A DNA stretch of 64,000 nt. Source: Oceanispirochaeta sp. GTDB lineage: Bacteria > Spirochaetota > Spirochaetia > DSM-2461. The stretch covers positions 1,056,001 to 1,120,000 of the forward strand of contig CAXXXD010000002.1 of NCBI GenBank assembly GCA_963663385.2, written 5' to 3'. The notes beneath the pieces are model-generated. The model was not told where the DNA came from, did no database searches, and saw only the letters and a list, made by a program, of their open reading frames with translations. Positions 57,098 through 64,000 of the stretch are shown here, piece by piece. The first letter of the stretch is position 1. Every line of letters begins with the position of its first letter. The translations under genes and the position numbers were made by a program.

Positions 57098-58581
57098 AAT
57101 AGAGCTCCTTCGTCTCTTAAACGGCTTATTCTTTTTTTGTCCAGTTTAATAAAGAGGTTCTTCTCTTTGGTGGGCAGTACCAGCCCTTTTTTTCCTTCTT
57201 TGGGGCGTCTGAGGAATTTTACCTGGGTGTAATAGACATCCCCCTGTCCTGACTTTTTGGCTTTGCTGTAAAATACCGCCAGATTCCCTGCGTCCAGCAG
57301 GACTTCAAGGGGAATGGACTTTCCCCTGGGGGTTCTGATAAAGATGTATCCCCCGGCAAAATCCCTTGTATGAAGCCAGTAGTCATTTCCTCTGACATGA
57401 CGGCGTAGAAGTTCATCGTTTTCTCTGGCATTCCGGCCGGTTAGAAGGGTAAAACCTCCGGAATAAAAGGTTAGTCCAGGAGTTTTTTTCCCCTCAGAAC
57501 GGGAATTCCGTATCTCTTCCTGCGGGACAAGATCCTTCAATACGGCAGGATCATCCGTTTCCTCCAGAATGAGGCGTTTCTTTTCAATCGCCAGGAGTTT
57601 TTTTTCCAGCAGGGCTGCTTCATCTTCTGTCATGGATCGGCCTCTGGCAGCTTTCCCGGCTTTTTTATAGTACTCCCGGGCATTTTCCACAGGGCTTTTC
57701 CGCGGATCCAGAGGGATGGGGGTATAGCTGTCCTCCGGCAGGAATTCCCTGTCTCCCTTTTTGATTATATGAAGGGCTGCCATCAGTGAATCGCCCATCC
57801 GGCGCTGCTCCTCTTCTTTTTCATACTCCCTCAGGCGCAGCCGGAGGCCTGATAAACCGGATTGGTACTGGTTTTCAAGGCTGTCCAGGGCTCTTTCAGC
57901 CCGTGTCCTGAGTTGAGTTATATCCGAATCCGATTCTCTGGACTGATAATACCGGTCCAGGCAGCTGTTGTAGCTGATATTGTCTTCAAGGATGTCCTCC
58001 TTGAGGGTAAATGTTTTTCCCGGAGACCCGGCTTCCATCTCTTCGGGGTTATAGTACTCCCCAGGGATCTCCTTTCGGGTCGGACGCCTGGAAAAGGCAT
58101 CCAGGATTTTACCGTCCGGTTCACAGAGAAAGAGGTTTGAGGCCCCTCCCCACAGTCTGATATAGAGACGAAAATTCTCATCTCCTTTCTTCAGATCCAG
58201 TCGGACAATCCTCTCCTGACCCAGCTGAACAGCCGTTACTATGCGGCTGCCTTTGATCCGCGACCGCAGGAGGGAGGTAAAACGGGGCGGTTTCGACAGG
58301 GACGCTCTTTTTATTTCTGTTTCATGAATCCTGAGATTCTGTCTGTCCAGGCAGATCAGGAGCTGAATCGTCCGCCCCGGGCTGGTCGCGCGCTTTGCTT
58401 GCTGCTCTGGTCGTAAACTTCGTTTACTGCTCGAGTATGCTGCCGACTCGCCCATGCTGCCGGGGCTATATAATTCAAAAATGAGATGGTGGAAACTGGT
58501 CTGGCGAATATTCTGAAGGAAACACCCCTCCAGAGGAAGCTCTTCCAGTACTTTATCGATTTCGACCCAGTTCAGGGACAT
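57094..58581 (-). CDS. rqcH: NFACT/FbpA family ribosome quality control protein
   Basis: LGQERIV, ENAREYYKK, GRNAREND, DYWLH, YTQVKFL. Confidence 0.85.
   Translation of the reverse strand: MSLNWVEIDKVLEELPLEGCFLQNIRQTSFHHLIFELYSPGSMGESAAYSSSKRSLRPEQQAKRATSPGRTIQLLICLDRQNLRIHETEIKRASLSKPPRFTSLLRSRIKGSRIVTAVQLGQERIVRLDLKKGDENFRLYIRLWGGASNLFLCEPDGKILDAFSRRPTRKEIPGEYYNPEEMEAGSPGKTFTLKEDILEDNISYNSCLDRYYQSRESDSDITQLRTRAERALDSLENQYQSGLSGLRLRLREYEKEEEQRRMGDSLMAALHIIKKGDREFLPEDSYTPIPLDPRKSPVENAREYYKKAGKAARGRSMTEDEAALLEKKLLAIEKKRLILEETDDPAVLKDLVPQEEIRNSRSEGKKTPGLTFYSGGFTLLTGRNARENDELLRRHVRGNDYWLHTRDFAGGYIFIRTPRGKSIPLEVLLDAGNLAVFYSKAKKSGQGDVYYTQVKFLRRPKEGKKGLVLPTKEKNLFIKLDKKRISRLRDEGALL
58375..58467 (-). 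repeat. In-frame 84-bp family C repeat insertion in rqcH
   Basis: Bounded by duplicated SPG codons; two 25-nt tandem hairpin units; homologous to 37127-37169. Confidence 0.75.
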
Positions 58582-58584
58582 GTG

Positions 58585-59133
58585 TCACTGTTCCTCCTGC
58601 GCGGGGATATTGTCCAGAAAAGCATCTCTTCCCTTAACAGAGAAGAATATCAGGATTATTTCGGCCGGGCTTGTATAGTCTTTAGTGAATCTTTCCAGAA
58701 CCCCGTACACTAAAGGAGCTGCTTTTTCGGGAGGGTAGCCGTATACACCTGTGGATATGGCGGGGAAGGCAATGGATTCAATTCCCTTTTCCCTGGCCAG
58801 TTCCAGAGAATTCCTGTAGGCGTTTGTCAGAAGCTGTTCTTCTCCGTTGCTGCCGTTCTGCCATATGGGGCCTACGGTGTGAATCACGTATCGGCAGGGC
58901 AGGTTCCCAGCTCCGCTTATTACAGCATTTCCGGGGGGCATCCCGTTCGGCCACTGCCGGGTTCGTATTATTTTACACTCTTTCAGGAGTTCCGGTCCTG
59001 CTGCCCTGTGAATAGCGCCGTCAACTCCTCCACCTCCCATAAGAGAGCCGTTCGCAGCGTTTACAATGGCATCGCACTTTAAATCGGTAATGTCTCCGGT
59101 CTGTATAATTACCCTGCCTTTAAATAGTGTCAT
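58585..59133 (-). CDS. Macrodomain O-acetyl-ADP-ribose deacetylase (YmdB-like)
   Basis: GDIT, IVNAAN, GGGGVDGAIH, HTVGP, ISTGVYG. Confidence 0.93.
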   Translation of the reverse strand: MTLFKGRVIIQTGDITDLKCDAIVNAANGSLMGGGGVDGAIHRAAGPELLKECKIIRTRQWPNGMPPGNAVISGAGNLPCRYVIHTVGPIWQNGSNGEEQLLTNAYRNSLELAREKGIESIAFPAISTGVYGYPPEKAAPLVYGVLERFTKDYTSPAEIILIFFSVKGRDAFLDNIPAQEEQ

Positions 59134-59147
59134 ATCCTCTTTGCTCC

Positions 59148-59507
59148 TTAGTATAAGAATAATCCGCTGAGCAGGGCGGCCGCCAGTAAAAGTCCGCTTA
59201 AAAGAGGGAGAATAAAAGGGTGCTTTTTTCTGAAACTCCTTTTACGGAAAAGGAACATCAGCAGCAGAGGGGACAGACCTGCCGCCATATGAAAAAAGGA
59301 AACAGTTCCGCTTTTAAGGGATACAGCTGCGCCTGTCAGAATCACCAGAGGCAGTAGCAGCTGGGAAAGGTTCAGCACAAGCCTGTCAAAGGGTTTCGGG
59401 CCCCTTTTCTTTTTTACCAGCCAGGCTGATCGCGCCAGAAAAAGGGTGTGACTGATAACCAGTATAAAGGCGGAAACCGTATGGAGGATCAGAATCATAG
59501 AAGACAA
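59148..59507 (-). CDS. Small membrane protein
   Basis: Four hydrophobic segments; start TTG 59507 or ATG 59498. Confidence 0.65.
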   Translation of the reverse strand: MSSMILILHTVSAFILVISHTLFLARSAWLVKKKRGPKPFDRLVLNLSQLLLPLVILTGAAVSLKSGTVSFFHMAAGLSPLLLMFLFRKRSFRKKHPFILPLLSGLLLAAALLSGLFLY

Positions 59508-59607
59508 TATTATTAGGAATGGGATAAATAATCCATATTACAGGGTTTTTTTTCATTCCTGTAAATCTCCGATTTACAAAACAACAGGTATCTGCTTATG
59601 ATTAATC

Positions 59608-62520
59608 ATGGCCAGAAAATATATTATCTCAGTTTTTGTTCTGATATTAATTTCCTCTTTTATTTATGCTCAGGAAGATTACCGTTCCAGGATTGCTATT
59701 GTTCCCATGGAAAACGGAACCGGAATGGATCAGTATAATCCCCTCTGCAACACTATTACTGAAACAGTCTCCCTGGTACTGGAATTCCTGAAAGATTACC
59801 GGGTTCTGGATGATCAGGATGCCAATCTCGGGCTTCTGGGAAACACGAACAGTCTGGTGGAGATGAGAGAGGCTGCGGTCAGTGAGAAAATAGATGAAGT
59901 TATTTACGGTCGTGCTGTTGTAACGGACGGGGTCTTTGAATTTACCCTGTCCCTTTATAATGTAAACGAAGGCAAGGTCACAAATCAGCAATCCGTTGAA
60001 GCCTATTCGGTTCTTGAGGTTTTTGATGCGGCGGATGAATTGACTGAGGGATTGATTGGGCAGCTGAGTGATATCCATATCGCCTTTGGATCTGTCAAGC
60101 TTGTTCAAAAAGGCGGTAAGGGAAATTACACGGTCAACCTTGACGGTTTCCCCTTGAGGAATCCTGATAAAACCTTTCGGAAGGTACTGAACGGCACCTA
60201 TGAAATTTCTATTACCCAGGAAAGGCTTACCGGACCGGCTGTTATTTTTAAAGAGAATATTCAGGTTGCAGAAGACGAAGAGACCCTTGTGGAATTCAGC
60301 ATCCCCCCGGGACTCCCCGGGGAATTCACTCTGCTGGATAAAAAAGGGGAAGCCCTTCTTGCACTGGGAGACAGCGAAGATACTTTTGATGAATTTCTGG
60401 AGGGGATAACAGCTTTTCAGAATCAGACCCTTGCGTTGGAGTATGATCCTGAACTTGAAGGGCTGCGGGATAACTACCTGGCTCAGGCCGGCGGAATTGC
60501 ATCGACAGTTCTTCAGGCCAGAATGGAAGCGGCGGATGATTCCTTTTATAGGAAAAGGCCCCGATTTTCCGAAACCCTTGGCTCATATGAAGATATTTCC
60601 GAGCTTGTAAAGACTCAGTTTGAAGTAAAAAAGCTTGTTTCCAGTAAAGAGCTTATTATCTCGGAACCCCAGAAAGTACAGATCGGAGAGGACGGGAATG
60701 TATACTTTAACTGTTTTGATATCGGTAAAGAGAATACTCTGGTTGCATGGAATCCGGAAAGAAATGCTGTCGCCGTCAGGATTCTAGACGGGAAAACAGA
60801 ATCCTATACCGGTGATTTTATCACGAACCGCCGCCGGGTTTATCTGTGGGAACCCGGGACAGCTAAAGTGGAGATCCTGGACGGTAATCTTAATACACTT
60901 GAAACCATTTCCGTACCCGATCTGCCCACGGGACCGGAAAATCTGAAGCTGGCTGTTTCCGCCAAGGGGCTGTTGTATATGGCATCGGGCAGTCTTGTCC
61001 GGGTCATTGATACAACCCGCCAATACGATGATGACGGCAACCTTCTCCCTCCCGACCGGTACCGTGCCATAGAGGAAAAACTGCTGGAACAGATAAAAAC
61101 TACCAGGCAGCCTCCCATGGATATCTTTTTTGATAAAGCCAGGCATTTGAACCTCTTTTTTCCCGGCGCTTCCCGGATTCTGGTTCTGGATGAGAACGGG
61201 ATTCTCCTGAAGGATCTGGCTCTGGAAATGTGCCACCCCCTGTCCCGGATAGCCGTGGATCGTCTGGGGTTCTACTATGTGACCCTGAACGAAGAGAATA
61301 CGATTGCCAAATACACACCGAAGGGAGAGTTTATAACCCTGTATGGAGAGTATGGTACAGAGGACGGTCAGTTTTCCATACCTACAGGGATCGCCGTTTC
61401 TGAAGAGGGGCTCCTTTATATCGCGGACTCGTACAACGCACGGATGCAGAGTCTGAATCCCCTGACACCTCCCGTGCTTTATCCTGAAATCGCCCAATAC
61501 GGAGAAGACCTGGACCGGCGAATCGAACGGACCGAAATGGCTGTTAAAAAAGAAAGGACCGCCCGTCAGGAAATCACCCTGGGTAAACATGCCCTGAACT
61601 TCCTTGGATCGGGATTGCTTCTGGCTAGTACGGGAGCCCTTGCTTTTACGGCCGATACCGCGGGAGCCAATGCCGCCTATGCCTACTATACTTATGAGAA
61701 CAGTACGGACGCAGATGAAATCAGTGACGCCAGGGGGACCGTAGAAGGGGAACAGCTTTTTCATCAGATTGCAGAGATCGGTTCCATGACGACTCTGGGA
61801 TTCAGCGCGGGAATCCTGACCACAACCCTTCTTGATATCGGCCTGGATTCCACCGTAACCCGGTATAATCGGAAACAGGCCCAGACAATGGATATGAATG
61901 TCCTGTATGAATCGGACCCTGATAAGTACCGGAGTATCCGGACCTCTTCCCGGATAGGGGTCTGGACCGGTATTATGCCGCCGGTTCTCGGTTTATGTAC
62001 AACCATCGGGTTCTGGAGCAATAATAATTTCGAGAAGGATATTTTAATGGGATTAACCGCGGCCGGGATAGGAATTCCCCCTCTGTTTTCCCATTTGCAC
62101 GGAGGACGATTCAGTATAGGCCTTTTTACAGCGGGACTGGCTGCCGATGCCCTGGCATTCCTCGCTATGGCAGGATTTGATGATGCTGTCGATTTTGATT
62201 CATGGGATTATGATAAATATGCCGGTTACGATTCCGATCCGCAGCCTGATGCTTCAGGGGGAGCGGAATTTGAAATGGACCGTATGATAGACCGTGTTTC
62301 GGATCTGTCATCCTTCTATCTGCTGGCCGCCGCCTACGGTATCCGCCTGTCTGCGGGTATCTTCGATGCCCGGTACGGCTGGACTTACACCAATAACTAT
62401 AACCGCTATAAGGCAGTTAAACAGGTTGAGGATGAGAGGTTGTCAAAGGTAGACTGGACTGTCAATCCTTTCCTGAATCAGGAAGGGGCATTGGGTATGG
62501 CTCTGAGCCTGAACTTCTAG
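59608..62520 (+). CDS. Large exported protein with NHL beta-propeller repeats
   Basis: Signal peptide, GQFSIPTGIAV..LYIADSYNARMQ NHL repeat, hydrophobic C-terminal region ending LSLNF. Confidence 0.8.
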   Translation: MARKYIISVFVLILISSFIYAQEDYRSRIAIVPMENGTGMDQYNPLCNTITETVSLVLEFLKDYRVLDDQDANLGLLGNTNSLVEMREAAVSEKIDEVIYGRAVVTDGVFEFTLSLYNVNEGKVTNQQSVEAYSVLEVFDAADELTEGLIGQLSDIHIAFGSVKLVQKGGKGNYTVNLDGFPLRNPDKTFRKVLNGTYEISITQERLTGPAVIFKENIQVAEDEETLVEFSIPPGLPGEFTLLDKKGEALLALGDSEDTFDEFLEGITAFQNQTLALEYDPELEGLRDNYLAQAGGIASTVLQARMEAADDSFYRKRPRFSETLGSYEDISELVKTQFEVKKLVSSKELIISEPQKVQIGEDGNVYFNCFDIGKENTLVAWNPERNAVAVRILDGKTESYTGDFITNRRRVYLWEPGTAKVEILDGNLNTLETISVPDLPTGPENLKLAVSAKGLLYMASGSLVRVIDTTRQYDDDGNLLPPDRYRAIEEKLLEQIKTTRQPPMDIFFDKARHLNLFFPGASRILVLDENGILLKDLALEMCHPLSRIAVDRLGFYYVTLNEENTIAKYTPKGEFITLYGEYGTEDGQFSIPTGIAVSEEGLLYIADSYNARMQSLNPLTPPVLYPEIAQYGEDLDRRIERTEMAVKKERTARQEITLGKHALNFLGSGLLLASTGALAFTADTAGANAAYAYYTYENSTDADEISDARGTVEGEQLFHQIAEIGSMTTLGFSAGILTTTLLDIGLDSTVTRYNRKQAQTMDMNVLYESDPDKYRSIRTSSRIGVWTGIMPPVLGLCTTIGFWSNNNFEKDILMGLTAAGIGIPPLFSHLHGGRFSIGLFTAGLAADALAFLAMAGFDDAVDFDSWDYDKYAGYDSDPQPDASGGAEFEMDRMIDRVSDLSSFYLLAAAYGIRLSAGIFDARYGWTYTNNYNRYKAVKQVEDERLSKVDWTVNPFLNQEGALGMALSLNF

Positions 62521-62535
62521 TGCGTTTATCGTATT

Positions 62536-63114
62536 CTAAAGGGTATCCTCTTCGGGAGATTCCCAGCCTATGACAGGGTAGAGATCCCAGGCTTTATAAC
62601 GCCGTTCCTTCATCATCTCTTTCATGGCCCTGTCTTTAATTTTATCCGAATCCTTATGATAACCGAACCCGAAACGGTAATAGGCGCCCTCTCCGATATT
62701 CCTTTTTTCCAGTGTTAAAACGGCATTGCTTACATAAACCACATTTTCTTCGATCAGGTATGTGGCGGAATTTACGGTATTTTCATCTTCCCATTCCCCT
62801 CCGCCGGAATGCTTGAAACCTATTTTCATGCGATAGTGCATATTGTAGCGTCCCGGTTCCAGCGGGATAGCTATAAAATCGTTTCCGGGGTAGTAGAGGA
62901 ATTCCTTCTCAAAGCCGGTTTCCCTGTTTACCAGAGTCATCTGAATCTGACTGACCTGGTAGGGTTCGCTTTGCCTGTTGATCAGGTTTCTGTCCACATC
63001 TCCAGTCAGAATAAAAAGGCTTTCCGTAGGGCTGCCGGGCAGGGGGACGGAGGAACAGGATGCTGATAGAAGGAATAAAGCCGTAGCCAGGATGACCGTT
63101 CGTATAATTCTCAT
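62536..63114 (-). CDS. Hypothetical lipoprotein
   Basis: Lipobox LSASC. Confidence 0.75.
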   Translation of the reverse strand: MRIIRTVILATALFLLSASCSSVPLPGSPTESLFILTGDVDRNLINRQSEPYQVSQIQMTLVNRETGFEKEFLYYPGNDFIAIPLEPGRYNMHYRMKIGFKHSGGGEWEDENTVNSATYLIEENVVYVSNAVLTLEKRNIGEGAYYRFGFGYHKDSDKIKDRAMKEMMKERRYKAWDLYPVIGWESPEEDTL

Positions 63115-63223
63115 TTAGTTTTCCCCGGAAGAAAGAATATATACAATTGTCTTTGACAGAGTTGAAATTGTCAATCGGGATATGTACGGTCTGTGTAAAT
63201 ATTATTTGTCCCCGGTATTTGCC

Positions 63224-64000
63224 TCAAGCGCTCAGCTTTTCTGCCTTCAGGGTAAGTTCTTTCTGTTTTGCCGGAACAATCTGACTGATAATGACACCTG
63301 TCAGAATAATGGAGGATGCCAGTAACTGGGCTGCTCCGATCTCTTCCTTCAGTATCAGGATACTCAGGAGAAGGGATATAACCGGTATCAGATTTATAAA
63401 GGCGGAGGATTTGCTGGCGGGAATGCGGCTGGTTCCGAAATTGTAGAGTCCGTAGCCTCCCAGGGTAACAATAATACCAAGGTACAGAACAGCCAGATTT
63501 CCTCTCATAGTCCAGGCAACGGAGAACCCCGGTTCCGGGAACAGGCAGAGAGGAAGAAAAAACAGGCTGCCTGTAAGTGTCTGTATCCCTGTAAGAAAGA
63601 AGGGAGAGTACCGGGCTGTCAGTTTTTTCAGAGAGAGGGTATAACCGGTTGCGCAGACCATGGCGATAATTTCCATTATATTTCCCAGTACGGGATTGGG
63701 AGCTTCCTCTGCTCCGCTGCCGCTCAGGGTCAGCCATATAACTCCGCCCATGGCCAGAAAAAAACCGGCAAGCATATAGGCGTTAAGTTTTTCTCCCAGA
63801 AAGAAGAAAGCGGCTATCCCTACCATTAAAGGCAGAGTCGATGTAATCATACCTGCCTGACTGGCAGTGGTCAGGGTCAGAGCCTTTGCTTCAAACACAA
63901 AGTAGAGGCAGGGTTCGAATAAAGCCATAACAATTATTAAAAGAACGTCTTCTTTTCGAATCCCTGTCATCCCCTTGATGAGGACGGGTATAAAGAAGAT
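63224..64000 (-). CDS. DMT/EamA family transporter (5' end outside window)
   Basis: FEPCLYF, ASQAGMI, FLGE, AFINLIPV; frame open to the window edge. Confidence 0.9.
   Translation of the reverse strand: MFFIPVLIKGMTGIRKEDVLLIIVMALFEPCLYFVFEAKALTLTTASQAGMITSTLPLMVGIAAFFFLGEKLNAYMLAGFFLAMGGVIWLTLSGSGAEEAPNPVLGNIMEIIAMVCATGYTLSLKKLTARYSPFFLTGIQTLTGSLFFLPLCLFPEPGFSVAWTMRGNLAVLYLGIIVTLGGYGLYNFGTSRIPASKSSAFINLIPVISLLLSILILKEEIGAAQLLASSIILTGVIISQIVPAKQKELTLKAEKLSA

Noticed and set aside
1..64000. tRNA, rRNA, prophage or integrase genes
   Set aside because: No cloverleaf or rRNA signatures and no phage or integrase proteins recognised by eye; tRNAscan and Infernal runs would be needed to exclude them fully

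Overview
Gene-dense chromosomal window of moderate GC. It most likely comes from a free-living spirochaete (inferred from the many spirochaete-type lipoproteins, FecR-domain and outer-membrane proteins). It holds about 58 intact or edge-truncated CDSs, mostly housekeeping (aroC/aroK, engB, trpS, rdgB, pepF, serS, hslO, lipBA, ilvD, purU, murD, slyD, arfB, rqcH-like). It also has a sigma54 pspF-pspABC system, an ODP-type di-iron protein with a soluble chemoreceptor, a Crp/Fnr regulator and hcp, a TetR-MMPL-LolA-like-OM barrel module, three pseudogene remnants and several families of short palindromic repeats. No rRNA, tRNA or CRISPR array was seen. The first stand-out signal is an unannotated ~70-nt minus-strand sRNA candidate (15768-15837). 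It has its own sigma70 promoter, a TetR-type operator and a terminator, and is complementary over 33 nt to the 5'UTR/RBS of the OM protein gene at 13942. The second is an intact IS110-family element (46398-47783) inserted in a Shine-Dalgarno sequence. Its upstream non-coding region carries two bridge-RNA-like loops whose guide segments match the insertion site and the element end, and a predicted empty target lies at 5078-5091. All calls come from reading the sequence by eye; no database searches were run.
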